A DNA stretch of 59,269 bases, the filler included. It is 4 parts of 4 records of this genome, joined end to end, with 100 filler letters (N's around TTAATTAATTAA, not from the genome) between each part and the next. Parts side by side here need not be neighbours in the genome. Positions count along the whole stretch, not along the records: positions 1 to 30,734 come from DRR723986_590; 3 more parts are not named here. One strand, given 5' to 3'. A program made the position numbers and the translations under genes. Under the pieces are notes generated by a model. It did not search any database. It had not been told where the DNA came from and saw nothing but the letters and a program-made list of their open reading frames with translations. How positions within the stretch are numbered: the first letter of the stretch is position 1; every line of letters starts with the position of its first letter. Positions 1-10,027 of the stretch are shown here, in pieces.

Positions 1-162
1 GATGCCCATGTCGTTGATCATCTGGATGATTTCTTCAACCTGATCCGGATCGGAGATGTCCTCGGGAAGGTGGTCATTAACCTCGGAATAGGTCAGGTAT
101 CCCTGCTCCTTGCCTTTGGCAATGAGTTGTTTGAGGCGCGATTGATGAGTGGAATCATTCAT
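1..162 (-). CDS. rpoD: RNA polymerase sigma-70 factor, N-terminal 54 codons (runs off the window)
   Basis: Hand translation MNDSTHQSRLKQLIAKGKEQGYLTYSEVNDHLPEDISDPDQVEEIIQMINDMGI matches sigma70 region 1.1; lies directly downstream of dnaG. Not in the ORF track. Confidence 0.96.
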   Translation of the reverse strand, partial: MNDSTHQSRLKQLIAKGKEQGYLTYSEVNDHLPEDISDPDQVEEIIQMINDMGI

Positions 163-285
163 TCTTGCAAAATACTCGTAGGTGCAGGTGAAAAAACAGC
201 CGCGTATTATACCTCAGCTGTATGGTCTACGACCAGAAAAAACAGGCTCTGTTCAGAATTGCCTGTCTATTTCTACCGCCGTTGC

Positions 286-2175
286 TTAGCGCTGGTGTTT
301 ATTGGCCAGCAGTTGCTGTACGTGTTTGAGCTGAGCTTTGGTGTCATCACTGAGTTCAGCGTAGTTGCCGTCGGGGCCTTTGTCGACTTCGTCGCGCTCG
401 CGAAGGCTCTCCAGGCGGGCTTTTAGGTCGCGATCGCGCTGGCGCTCCTCGAAGTAGTTGAGGGTGTCAAAAAAAGCCGTTTTGGCGCGCTGGTCATCCA
501 GGGTGGCGCCCAGCAGTTCGATGGTTTTTAGTGCTTCGGTCAGCAGTAAATATTGCGGCTGGCCGTGCCAGTGGCCGAGCAGCATGGCCGTGGAGGACTC
601 CGGGCGTTTTTGCAGCAGGGATAATATTTCTTCCAGCAGCTCGCTCGTGCGCGAGGGCGGCGCGGCCTTCAGTGCGGTGGTGGAGGCGGCGATGGTTCCC
701 GGGGCGTACAGCAGCATAGCCAGTGCGAACAGCGCCGGATCGCGCTTATTGTCTGGCAGGCTGCCGAGCAGGCGCTCAGTGTCCGTGTTTTTCGGTTGGC
801 GCTGTTCGGGGGAGGGCGTTTCGTCAGCGGTACCGAGTTGCGCGGTGCTCTGGGCCTCTGCCTCACTGCGCTCGCGCAATTTGTCGAGTGCGGCGCGGCT
901 CAGGCCGCTGCGTTTGGCCAGTTCATCGAACATAAGCTCGCGGAACACGCCGTCTGGCAATTGAACCAGCAGCGGTGTGGCGAGCTTGGCGAGCGCCGCT
1001 TTGCCCTCGAGGGTGGCGGGGTCGAGGCGGTCGTTGAAGGCGTCAAAAAAGTACTCCTCCAGCGGTGCGGCGCGGGCGATCAGTGCTTCAAAGCCAGGGC
1101 CGCCGACGCGTCTGACGGTGTCGTCGGGGTCTTCGCCCTCGGCGAGGAATAAAAAGCGAATGCGGCGGCCGTCTTCCATAGTGGGCAGCGCATTTTCCAG
1201 CGCGCGCGACGCCGCTCGGCGGCCGGCGTCGTCGCCGTCGAAGCAAAACACGATTTCACTGCAGTAGCGGAAGGCGGTGCGCAAATGGTCGCTATTGCTG
1301 GCGGTGCCCAGGGTCGCCACGCCACAGCGAATGCCGTACTGCGCGAGGGCGACCACATCCATATAGCCTTCGACAATGATCACCCGCTCGAGCTGGCGGT
1401 TGTACTGCCTGGCTTCATAGAGGCCATAGAGCTCGCGGCCTTTGTGGAAGATGTCGGTTTCCGGAGAGTTCAGGTACTTGGGTTTGTCGTCGCCCAGTAC
1501 GCGACCACCGAAGGCGACGACGCGGCCCCGGTTGTCGCGGATCGGGAACATAATGCGGTCGCGGAAGCGGTCGTAGACTTTGTCGCTGTCCTCCTTTTCC
1601 ACCAGCATGCCGGCATCCAGCAGTTGTTGGCGTGACTCGTCGTTGCTGCCAAAGCTCTTTAGTACATTGTCCCAGCCCGGCGGTGCGAAGCCGATGCCAA
1701 AGTCGCGGGCGATTTGCCCGCTGAGGCCGCGTTGTTTTAGGTAGTCGACGGCGCGCTGGGCTTGAGGGTGCTGGCGCAGCTGGTTTTGGTAGAACGCGGC
1801 CAGCTGTTCCATGGCGTCGTAAATCGTTTTACGGCGCTGCTGGCGCTGTGCCTGCTGGGGGCTGAGCTCTTCGCGGGGGACTTCCAGGCCTGCACTGTGG
1901 GCGAGGCTATCGATCGCCGAGGGGAAGTCCTGGCGGTCGTAGTCCATGATAAAGCCAATGGCATTGCCGGCTGCGCCGCAGCCAAAGCAGTAGTAGAACT
2001 GCTTGTCGGGGTTAACGCTGAAAGAGGGGGTTTTCTCTTCGTGAAACGGGCAGCGCGCAGTGTAGTTGCGACCTGTCTTCTTTAGCGACACCCGCCGATT
2101 AATAACATCGACAATATCCACCCGCGACAACAGGTCGTCGATAAAAGATTGCGGGATGCGTCCTTTTGCGGCCAC
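286..2175 (-). CDS. dnaG: DNA primase
   Basis: CPFHEEKTPSF...YYCFGCG zinc finger, KYLNSPET, EGYMDV, FDGD TOPRIM motifs; rpsU-yqeY-dnaG-rpoD order. Confidence 0.98.
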   Translation of the reverse strand: MAAKGRIPQSFIDDLLSRVDIVDVINRRVSLKKTGRNYTARCPFHEEKTPSFSVNPDKQFYYCFGCGAAGNAIGFIMDYDRQDFPSAIDSLAHSAGLEVPREELSPQQAQRQQRRKTIYDAMEQLAAFYQNQLRQHPQAQRAVDYLKQRGLSGQIARDFGIGFAPPGWDNVLKSFGSNDESRQQLLDAGMLVEKEDSDKVYDRFRDRIMFPIRDNRGRVVAFGGRVLGDDKPKYLNSPETDIFHKGRELYGLYEARQYNRQLERVIIVEGYMDVVALAQYGIRCGVATLGTASNSDHLRTAFRYCSEIVFCFDGDDAGRRAASRALENALPTMEDGRRIRFLFLAEGEDPDDTVRRVGGPGFEALIARAAPLEEYFFDAFNDRLDPATLEGKAALAKLATPLLVQLPDGVFRELMFDELAKRSGLSRAALDKLRERSEAEAQSTAQLGTADETPSPEQRQPKNTDTERLLGSLPDNKRDPALFALAMLLYAPGTIAASTTALKAAPPSRTSELLEEILSLLQKRPESSTAMLLGHWHGQPQYLLLTEALKTIELLGATLDDQRAKTAFFDTLNYFEERQRDRDLKARLESLRERDEVDKGPDGNYAELSDDTKAQLKHVQQLLANKHQR

Positions 2176-2239
2176 TGGCGTTATTCCGAAGGCGGAATGG
2201 CTAGCCTAGCAGGCACGTGCTCGGCTAGCCAGCTGGCGA

Positions 2240-2686
2240 TTACTGGCTGAGCCGCTCTTTGATTTTGCGGCTCACGCTGCCCATGTCCGCGCGGCCTTGG
2301 GCGGCGGGCTTGACCAGTGCGACCACCTGGCCCATGGCTTTGACGGAGTCCGCGCCGCTGTCGGCAATAGCCTTATCGATCAGTGCGTCCAGCTCCTCGT
2401 CGCTGAGCGGCGCGGGCATGAATTCCTGGATGATGGCCATTTCAAAGCGCTCTTGCTCGGCAAGCTCTGTGCGCCCGGCTTCTTCATACTGGCTGATGGA
2501 GTCGCGACGCTGTTTGCACATTTTGTCGAGCACGGCCAGGCCGCGCGCGTCGTCGACCTCAATGCGCTCATCCACCTCTATACGCTTGAATTCAGCGAGT
2601 ACCAAGCGAATAGCGCCCAGGCGCTCTTTCTCTTTCGCCCGCATAGCCGCTTTCATGGCGTCAGTCAGCGATTGCTTAAGGCTCAT
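2240..2686 (-). CDS. yqeY: GatB/YqeY domain protein
   Basis: MSLKQSLTDAMKAAMRAKEKERLGAIR...KQRRDSISQY...GRADMG; start moved to the ATG at 2686. Confidence 0.93.
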   Translation of the reverse strand: MSLKQSLTDAMKAAMRAKEKERLGAIRLVLAEFKRIEVDERIEVDDARGLAVLDKMCKQRRDSISQYEEAGRTELAEQERFEMAIIQEFMPAPLSDEELDALIDKAIADSGADSVKAMGQVVALVKPAAQGRADMGSVSRKIKERLSQ

Positions 2687-2734
2687 GGTGTCAGTCCTCT
2701 GCAGTGGGGCGGAATGGGTAAATGTGTCAGGCAC

Positions 2735-2759
2735 AAAAACGGGCGGCTTTTAGCCGCCC
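2735..2759 (-). terminator. Intrinsic terminator downstream of rpsU
   Basis: GGGCGGCT-ttt-AGCCGCCC hairpin (2741-2759) followed by GTTTTT on the minus strand. Confidence 0.75.
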
Positions 2760-2817
2760 ATTTATGGTAGCGCGTTGTCGCACTGAAAGCAGGTGCTTGC
2801 CGCACCCGCTGAGCAAC

Positions 2818-3033
2818 TTAGTAGAGGCGTTGCTGCTTTTTCATTTCGCGAGAGACTTTCTTCGCGTGGCGTTTAACCGCCGCCGCAGCCTGACGCTTAC
2901 GAACCGCTGTGGGCTTCTCGTAGAATTCGCGACGGCGAACCTCAGCGAGTACACCGGCTTTTTCGCAAGAGCGCTTGAAGCGGCGCAGAGCGATATCAAA
3001 GGGCTCGTTTTCTTTGATCTTGACTGAAGGCAT
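2818..3033 (-). CDS. rpsU: 30S ribosomal protein S21
   Basis: [41 protein letters not shown]. Confidence 0.99.
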   Translation of the reverse strand: MPSVKIKENEPFDIALRRFKRSCEKAGVLAEVRRREFYEKPTAVRKRQAAAAVKRHAKKVSREMKKQQRLY

Positions 3034-3226
3034 TCGTTAAACCTGTCCTGATAATATTTGGCAATGAATTCTAATCGGTCCACCCAATAACTAAAGGTGG
3101 CACTCCAAGGGCGCAGAATTCTAAACGCTCATTTGTGAAAATGCAAAGTAAAAAGCGCCTTATCTGGTGCCATTGTGTGGAAATCAGTATCATGCGCGCT
3201 CAATCGGTGGAGCAAATAGGTAGGCT

Positions 3227-4258
3227 GTGCGGGTACTGGGACTAGAAAGCTCCTGTGATGAAACAGGTGTGGCGATTTACGACAGTGAGCGGGGCTTGTT
3301 GGCCGATGCGCTCTATAGCCAGATTGCGCTGCATGCGGAATTTGGGGGTGTCGTCCCCGAATTGGCGTCCCGAGACCATGTTCGCAAATTGCTGCCGCTG
3401 GTGCGACAGGTGCTGGATAGCGCCAATTTGCGTGGCAGCGATATCGATGCTGTGGCGTATACCGCTGGCCCAGGGCTTGCCGGCGCACTGATGGTGGGCG
3501 CCTGCGCCGGGCGCGCAATGGCGTACGCCTGGGGCGTGCCGGCATTGGCGGTACACCATATGGAAGGGCATTTATTGGCGCCCATGTTAGAGGACACCGC
3601 GCCGGAGTTTCCTTTTATTGCGTTATTGGTGTCTGGTGGTCACACGCAACTTGTTCGTGTGGATGGCATTGGTAACTATCGCTTGTTAGGCGAGTCGCTG
3701 GACGATGCCGCCGGCGAAGCATTCGACAAGGCCGCGAAGATGCTCGGTCTTCCCTATCCTGGTGGCCCCCAGTTGGCGAAGGCCGCTGCTCAAGGTGATG
3801 TGTCCCGCTTTACCTTTCCCCGGCCAATGGTCAATCGCCCCGGTTTAGATTTCAGCTTTAGTGGCCTGAAAACCTACACCTTAAATACCGTGGCCGAGTG
3901 CCGTGCCGATGGGCAGCTAAGCGACGGCGATCGCAACGATATTGCTGCCGCTTTTCAGGAGGCTGTGGTCGACACGCTGACGATTAAATGCCTGCGCGCA
4001 CTGAAGCAGGAGGGCTTGAAGCGCTTGGTGATTGCCGGCGGAGTGAGTGCCAACACCGCGCTGCGTGAGCGTTTGGAAGGGCGGCTGGCGACAATTGGCG
4101 CAGCTGTGTATTATCCGCGCCCTGCTTACTGTACCGATAATGGTGCAATGATCGCTTACGCCGGTTGTTGTCGCCTGTTGGCGGGGCAGAGCGAAACGCT
4201 GGCGGTGCAGGTTAAGCCGCGTTGGCCAATGAATGAATTGCCGGGTTTGGAGCGCTAG
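3227..4258 (+). CDS. tsaD: tRNA t6A threonylcarbamoyltransferase
   Basis: [45 protein letters not shown]; divergent from rpsU. Confidence 0.98.
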   Translation: MRVLGLESSCDETGVAIYDSERGLLADALYSQIALHAEFGGVVPELASRDHVRKLLPLVRQVLDSANLRGSDIDAVAYTAGPGLAGALMVGACAGRAMAYAWGVPALAVHHMEGHLLAPMLEDTAPEFPFIALLVSGGHTQLVRVDGIGNYRLLGESLDDAAGEAFDKAAKMLGLPYPGGPQLAKAAAQGDVSRFTFPRPMVNRPGLDFSFSGLKTYTLNTVAECRADGQLSDGDRNDIAAAFQEAVVDTLTIKCLRALKQEGLKRLVIAGGVSANTALRERLEGRLATIGAAVYYPRPAYCTDNGAMIAYAGCCRLLAGQSETLAVQVKPRWPMNELPGLER

Positions 4259-4263
4259 TCGTC

Positions 4264-4620
4264 ATGGATACTGTGTATGTGCGTGGGTTGCAGGTGGATA
4301 CCATTATTGGCATCCACGACTACGAGCGTGCGCACCGTCAGACCGTGATTCTGGACCTTGAACTGGGCTATGACATCCGCGCTGCCGCGGCCTCCGAAGA
4401 TATTGCCTTGACGCTGGACTATCAGGCCATAAGCGAACGTCTGTGCGAGTTTATTCGCGGCAGTGAATTCAAGCTGGTGGAAACCCTCGCTGAGCGCTGC
4501 GCCGCGCTGGTGCGCGAAGAATTTGGTGTGCCGTGGTTGCGTTTGCGGTTAGCCAAGCCCGACGCGCTGCACTACGCCGAGGAAGTTGGCATTGTGATCG
4601 AGCGCGGTGATCGCGCCTGA
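4264..4620 (+). CDS. folB: Dihydroneopterin aldolase
   Basis: MDTVYVRGL...IGIHDYER...LDYQ...LVETLAE...KP motifs. Confidence 0.95.
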   Translation: MDTVYVRGLQVDTIIGIHDYERAHRQTVILDLELGYDIRAAAASEDIALTLDYQAISERLCEFIRGSEFKLVETLAERCAALVREEFGVPWLRLRLAKPDALHYAEEVGIVIERGDRA

Positions 4621-5727
4621 TTAAGCCTCGTTGATAAGCTGCTGCAACTGGTCCAGTCGGGCGTTTCTCAGGGCGTTGCCCAATGCGGCGCCGGTTATCC
4701 CCTTAGCGATAAAGTCTTGAGCGTTAATTTTGGCCAACCTATCTGCCGCTTGAGTCAGTAAATTCAGGTAGTCACCGTTTTCGCCGCGCAGGTCGGCAAG
4801 CTGGCAAAATTCCATCAATATCTGTGGGCGTCGCAGATAGTCCAGCTTCTCCAGTATCGCCAACACACACTCTGCGCTGGGCTGACTGCCCAGTGCCGTA
4901 GAGAGTGGCAGCAAGCTCGCGCCGAGCTGTGCCAATTGGCTGGCCGCTTTGCTGGCGTGGAGCTGTTTGCACAATTGAGTACATGCGGTGGTGTCGAGCT
5001 TGCTGCAGCTCAGCGCAAAGCGGACCTCAGGGCCCTGGAGTGAGGCGCCGGCGGATGTGTTCAGTGCATCGAGCAGGTCGCGGTCCAGGCTGGAGGCCCA
5101 TTGGGGGTACAAGGTAGGTAGTGCCTGGCAATCCAGTAGCGCGTTAAAGAAGGCGGAGGGTGTGCGTTCACTTAATGCCTTGTTGATCTCTACCAGTATG
5201 CGTTCCGGACTTAAGGCCTGCAGCTCTTGCGGCGTCGACATTTCGCGCATCAGTGCGCGGGTTTCATCGGCGATTGTGAAGCCCAGGTGAGCGTAGCGGG
5301 CGGTAAAGCGCGCCACGCGAAAGATACGCAGGGGGTCTTCTTTGAAGGCCGGTGAAACGTGGCGCAGCAGACGACGCTCAATATCCTTGCGGCCATCGTA
5401 GGGGTCGATAATATCGCCGGCAGCGCTTTTGGCGATGGCGTTAATGGTTAGGTCGCGGCGCAGTAAGTCGTCTTCAAGGGAGACTTCCGGGCCGAATTCG
5501 CACTGAAAGCCGTGATAGCCCACGGCGGTTTTGCGCTCTCGGCGCGCCAGCGCATACTCTTCTTTGGTTTCGGGGTGTAGAAACACCGGAAAGTCTTTGC
5601 CAACTTGCTCATAACCCTGTTTGAGCAAGGTCTCGGGTGTAGCACCGACCACCAGCCAGTCGCGTTCATGGAAGGGGTAACCCAGCAGTTCGTCGCGGAC
5701 TGCGCCGCCGACTAAATAGATGTCCAT
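4621..5727 (-). CDS. cca: CCA-adding tRNA nucleotidyltransferase (short form)
   Basis: [42 protein letters not shown]. Confidence 0.93.
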   Translation of the reverse strand: MDIYLVGGAVRDELLGYPFHERDWLVVGATPETLLKQGYEQVGKDFPVFLHPETKEEYALARRERKTAVGYHGFQCEFGPEVSLEDDLLRRDLTINAIAKSAAGDIIDPYDGRKDIERRLLRHVSPAFKEDPLRIFRVARFTARYAHLGFTIADETRALMREMSTPQELQALSPERILVEINKALSERTPSAFFNALLDCQALPTLYPQWASSLDRDLLDALNTSAGASLQGPEVRFALSCSKLDTTACTQLCKQLHASKAASQLAQLGASLLPLSTALGSQPSAECVLAILEKLDYLRRPQILMEFCQLADLRGENGDYLNLLTQAADRLAKINAQDFIAKGITGAALGNALRNARLDQLQQLINEA

Positions 5728-5772
5728 AGAGTGGCATACTCCGCTATTTCTTGGCTGCTGGGAAGTGGGGGC

Positions 5773-6588
5773 TTAATGGCTGGGACAGTCGCAGCGGTGA
5801 TACTCGCCGCTCTCCATATTCAGCAGCGTCATGTGCCGCCCCCAGACGCAACCGCTGTCTAAGGCAATGATGTTCGGGTTGTGGGTGCGCCCTTCCAGCG
5901 CGGCCCAGTGGCCGAATAGTTGTATTTCGGTGCGCTCCGGTTGCGGCCATTCAAACCAGGGGCGGTAGGGCGGCGGGATGTCCTGCCTCGCGCCTTTGAA
6001 TGTCAGTTCCAGCTCACCATGCTCGCTACAAATTCGCATGCGGGTCAGGTAATTGGTAATGCAGCGCAGTCTGTCATGGCCCTGTAGGTCGTCGTGCCAG
6101 AGGGCGGGTGCGTTGCCGTACATGTGGTGGAAAAACCGGGCCGCGTCAGTGGGGTTGCGCAAAGTGCTTTCCAGCTCTGCCGACAGCGCAAGTGCCTGCT
6201 GTGTGCTCCATAGCGGCGGTATCCCGGCATGACTCATGACATAGCGCCCGTCATCGCTGCGCAGCACCAGCGCCTGCTGTTGTAGCCAGTCCATCAGCGT
6301 AGCGAGCTCTGGAGCCTTAAGTAAGGCCTCCAGGCTGGGGTGACGCCCTTTTTGAGTGAAGCCGCGGGCCAGCGCCAGGCAGTGGAGGTCGTGATTCCCC
6401 AGGGTGACCTTTACGCTGTCTTGAATGCGGTACAGATAGCGCAGGGTGTCTAGCGAGTCGGGGCCGCGGTTGACCAGATCGCCAACGAGCCAAAGCTCGT
6501 CGCGGGCAGGGTTAAAGGCAACTTCATCGAGCAGGCACAGCAGTGGCTGTAGGCAACCCTGCAAGTCTCCAACTGCGTAGCGCGCCAC
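5773..6588 (-). CDS. apaH: Symmetrical bis(5'-nucleosyl)-tetraphosphatase
   Basis: GDLQGC, GDLVNRGPDSL, LGNHDLH, FGHWAAL, LDSGCVWG. Confidence 0.96.
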   Translation of the reverse strand: MARYAVGDLQGCLQPLLCLLDEVAFNPARDELWLVGDLVNRGPDSLDTLRYLYRIQDSVKVTLGNHDLHCLALARGFTQKGRHPSLEALLKAPELATLMDWLQQQALVLRSDDGRYVMSHAGIPPLWSTQQALALSAELESTLRNPTDAARFFHHMYGNAPALWHDDLQGHDRLRCITNYLTRMRICSEHGELELTFKGARQDIPPPYRPWFEWPQPERTEIQLFGHWAALEGRTHNPNIIALDSGCVWGRHMTLLNMESGEYHRCDCPSH

Positions 6589-6595
6589 GGGCGAC

Positions 6596-6973
6596 TTAGT
6601 GCAGCGCCGAGCGCTGGGCGAGGGAGAAGATGCCGATGGGGGCGATAAAACGCCGACCAGAGGCGCTGATCATCTCGTAACTGCCCTCCATCGTGCCGAC
6701 AGCGGTGTCGATAACGGCGCCCGAGGTGTAGCTGAAGGACTCGCCTGGCTCGATGAGTGGTTGTTTGCCGACCACGCCCTCGCCCTGCACTTCCTGAACC
6801 TGATTGTCGCCATCGGTAATAATCCAGTGGCGGTTGAGCAGGCGCACGGCCTCGTCGCCGGTATTGTTGATGGTAATGGTATAGGCGAAGGCGTAGCGCG
6901 ATTCTTCCGGTGCGGATTGGTCGGCGAGAAACTCGCTTTCAACCTGAATGTGTACGGGGTTGCTGTCTGGCAT
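6596..6973 (-). CDS. apaG: ApaG protein
   Basis: YAFAYTITI, RHWIITD, GEGVVGKQP, YTSG, GTMEGSYEM. Confidence 0.96.
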   Translation of the reverse strand: MPDSNPVHIQVESEFLADQSAPEESRYAFAYTITINNTGDEAVRLLNRHWIITDGDNQVQEVQGEGVVGKQPLIEPGESFSYTSGAVIDTAVGTMEGSYEMISASGRRFIAPIGIFSLAQRSALH

Positions 6974-6984
6974 GCGGGTCCTGA

Positions 6985-7773
6985 TTAAGCGGGGTTGCGA
7001 CTAATATAATTGGCAATGGCGACGAAGTCTGCCAACTGGAGTGTCTCGGGGCGAGCGCCGGGGTCGAGGCCCAGCGCTTGCAGTTGTTCGTCGTTGAGGG
7101 TGTTCTTGAGGTTGTTGCGTAGCGTCTTGCGGCGCATGGTAAAGGCCTCTCTGAGCACCCGCTGCAAGACGTTAACGTCGTCTGCCGGGCAGGGCAGGGT
7201 TTTGTGTGGGGTGAGTCGAACAATGGAGGACATCACCTTGGGGCGCGGCGAAAACGACTCGGGGGGCACATCAAACAGGGCCTCTACCTCGCAGTAATAC
7301 TGCGCCATGATACCGAGCCGTCCGTAGGCCTTGCTGCCCGGCTGCGCGGCCAGGCGGTCAACAACCTCTTTTTGCAGCATGAAGTGCATGTCGGTAATGC
7401 GGTGCTGGGCGCTGAGCAAGTGGAAGATCAGCGGCGTTGAAATATTGTAGGGGAGGTTGCCGACCACCCTTAGCGGTTCATCGCCAGCCAGCGCGGCAAT
7501 ATCAAACTTGAGTGCGTCGCCTTCGTGCAGGTGGAAGTTGTCGCGGCTTGCGAACTTCTCTTCCAGAATCGGGATCAAATCGCGGTCCAGCTCAATAACA
7601 TGCAGTTGGCAGCCGCTGGCGAGCAACTCGGCGGTGATGGCGCCCTGGCCAGGGCCGATCTCCAGTAAGCGCTGATTCTCTCGCGGTGTAACCGCACGCA
7701 CGATCCCTTGAATAATACCGCGGTCGTGCAGGAAGTTTTGGCCAAAGCGCTTGCGGGCGCGATGAGTGCTCAT
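6985..7773 (-). CDS. rsmA: 16S rRNA m6,2A dimethyltransferase
   Basis: [32 protein letters not shown]. Confidence 0.97.
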   Translation of the reverse strand: MSTHRARKRFGQNFLHDRGIIQGIVRAVTPRENQRLLEIGPGQGAITAELLASGCQLHVIELDRDLIPILEEKFASRDNFHLHEGDALKFDIAALAGDEPLRVVGNLPYNISTPLIFHLLSAQHRITDMHFMLQKEVVDRLAAQPGSKAYGRLGIMAQYYCEVEALFDVPPESFSPRPKVMSSIVRLTPHKTLPCPADDVNVLQRVLREAFTMRRKTLRNNLKNTLNDEQLQALGLDPGARPETLQLADFVAIANYISRNPA

Positions 7774-8762
7774 AGTGTGTTGCTCGCTGCGTGGCAGGCC
7801 ATGTCAATAGCATAGCGCATGGCTGTTGCCATGCTGCCCGGGTCTGCGCGGCCGCTGCCGGCAAGGTCCAGTGCCGTGCCGTGGTCGACAGAGGTACGAA
7901 TAATGGGCAGGCCCAGGGTGATATTAACGGCTTGGCCGAAACTCTGATATTTCAGTACCGGCAGTCCTTGGTCGTGATACATCGCCAATACCGCATCACA
8001 CTGTTCCAGGTGGCGCGGTGTGAAGGCCGTGTCGGCGGGAAGCGGGCCAATCAATTGCCAGCCTTTGGCGCGATAGCTCGCCAATACCGGCTCTATCGTC
8101 TCTATTTCTTCCCGTCCCATGTGGCCGCCTTCGCCAGCGTGGGGGTTTAAGCCTAGCACTAATACTCTCGGTTGTTGGCAGCCGAAGCGTTCGCGCAACT
8201 CGCGGTGAAGAATATCGAGGGTACGCTCCAGTTCACGGGGGGTGACCGCCGCTGGCACGGCGCTCAGCGGCAGATGGGTTGTCACCAGTGCCACGCGCAT
8301 TGCAGCGCTGGCCAGCATCATCACCACTTTTTCTACCTGGCAGCGTTCGGCGAGAAACTCTGTGTGGCCGCTGAAGGCGATGCCGGCGTCGTTAATGACC
8401 GATTTTTGCACCGGCCCCGTCATCATGGCCTGGCACTCGCCGTGCAAACAGGCATCGGTTGCCGCGCGCAGACAGGCTAAAACATAGTCGGCGTTGGCTG
8501 TATTCAATACCCCCAGTTGCGCCGGTGCAGCTAACGCAACGGGGGCAATGCTGATGTGTCCCGGCTGATGGGGGCGGGGTGATGCGGCGTCGAAGGGACT
8601 GAGCGAGATGGGTAAGCCCAGCGCCGAGGCGCGCTCAGTGAGCAGCGCTGGGTCGGCGTAGGCGACCAACTCTGCTGGCCACTCTTGCTGAGCAATTTGA
8701 ATAAGTAGCTCCGGGCCAACCCCTGCAGGCTCGCCCGGCGTGATGGCAATACGCGGCAACAT
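7770..8762 (-). CDS. pdxA: 4-hydroxythreonine-4-phosphate dehydrogenase
   Basis: [43 protein letters not shown]. Confidence 0.97.
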   Translation of the reverse strand: MLPRIAITPGEPAGVGPELLIQIAQQEWPAELVAYADPALLTERASALGLPISLSPFDAASPRPHQPGHISIAPVALAAPAQLGVLNTANADYVLACLRAATDACLHGECQAMMTGPVQKSVINDAGIAFSGHTEFLAERCQVEKVVMMLASAAMRVALVTTHLPLSAVPAAVTPRELERTLDILHRELRERFGCQQPRVLVLGLNPHAGEGGHMGREEIETIEPVLASYRAKGWQLIGPLPADTAFTPRHLEQCDAVLAMYHDQGLPVLKYQSFGQAVNITLGLPIIRTSVDHGTALDLAGSGRADPGSMATAMRYAIDMACHAASNTL

Positions 8763-10027
8763 TAGAGCTTGATATCGACGTAAGCTTCAGCGCGGATTTT
8801 ACGCAGCCAGATATCCAGTTCGTCTTGGTATTTGCGCTCGTGCAAGACATTGCGAGCCATGCGCTTGCGCAGGTCTTGGCTGACGTTTTGCTGGCGTCTG
8901 TCCACCACTTTAATAATGTGCCAGCCAAAGTCACTTTTCACTGGCGCACTGATATCGCCGATGGCGGTGTCTTCCATGGCTTGCTGAAACTCGGGAACCA
9001 ATTGCCCCGGCGATGTCCAGCCCAAGTCACCGCCTTCCTGGGCGGAGCCGATGTCTTCGGAGTACTCCTTGGCGAGGTCGCGGAAGGAGTCGCCATTGAG
9101 TACGCGCTGGCGCAGCTCTTTCGCCAGGCTCAGGGTCTGCGCCTCGCTGCGGATCGCCGATGGTTTTAACAAAATGTGGCTGGCGCGAGTTTGTGCGACG
9201 GTCTCGTTAAGGCCACGGCTCTCCAGCAGCTGAATGACGTGGTAGCCGCTGGCACTTTGCAGGGGCTCTGACACGCCGCCGTCGCTCATATTGGGTGCCA
9301 CACTGGCAAACAGCGAGGGCAGGTCGGTCTCACGCCGCCAGCCGAGGTCGCTGGCGTTGACACTGCCTTGGGCGAGGCTGGTGTAGTCCGCGCCCTTGCG
9401 CAGTTTCGCCGCTAGTTGCTGGGCCTGTTGACGTGCGCGCTCGCGATCGGCGTCGCTGGCATCAGACGCTACCGGCACCAATAAGTGTGCCAGGCGATAC
9501 TCGGGCGATGTACGGGCGCGGCCTTCTTCGGAGTTTAAGTAGTTGGTGACTTCCTGGTCGGTAATTTGAATACGCTGGTTAACGTTGCCCATCTGCACGC
9601 GTTGCAAAAGCATTTCGCGGCGTATTTGCTCGCGCACATCGCGGTACGATGCGCCGCTGTCGAGCAGGGCCTGACGGAACTGCTCAAGCGTCATATTGTT
9701 TTTGGCGGCCACGCGGCCGACGGCAGCGGTGAGTTGCTCGTCGTCAATGCGCAGACCGACGCGGTCGGCCATTTGTAGCTGGATATTCTCCAGGATCAGC
9801 AGGTCGAGAATTTCACGGCGCAGCTGATCTTCCGGTGGCCCTTGCTGGCCGGAGCGGGCAATGTTTTGCTGGACGCTGGTGAGCCGCTCATCCACTTCGC
9901 TGGCGAGAATAATATCCTCGTCGACAATAGCGACGATGCGGTCCAGCCACTGGGTTTCGGCATGGCTAGCCACGCTAAACAGCAGCATGCACAGGGAAGC
10001 GAGCAGGGGTGTTTTCAGTTTATTCAT
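8762..10027 (-). CDS. surA: Periplasmic chaperone/PPIase SurA
   Basis: Signal peptide from MNKLK (10027), LDRIVAIVD, two parvulin domains (HILLK, GGDLGW, FGWHII); lptD-surA-pdxA operon. Confidence 0.95.
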   Translation of the reverse strand: MNKLKTPLLASLCMLLFSVASHAETQWLDRIVAIVDEDIILASEVDERLTSVQQNIARSGQQGPPEDQLRREILDLLILENIQLQMADRVGLRIDDEQLTAAVGRVAAKNNMTLEQFRQALLDSGASYRDVREQIRREMLLQRVQMGNVNQRIQITDQEVTNYLNSEEGRARTSPEYRLAHLLVPVASDASDADRERARQQAQQLAAKLRKGADYTSLAQGSVNASDLGWRRETDLPSLFASVAPNMSDGGVSEPLQSASGYHVIQLLESRGLNETVAQTRASHILLKPSAIRSEAQTLSLAKELRQRVLNGDSFRDLAKEYSEDIGSAQEGGDLGWTSPGQLVPEFQQAMEDTAIGDISAPVKSDFGWHIIKVVDRRQQNVSQDLRKRMARNVLHERKYQDELDIWLRKIRAEAYVDIKL

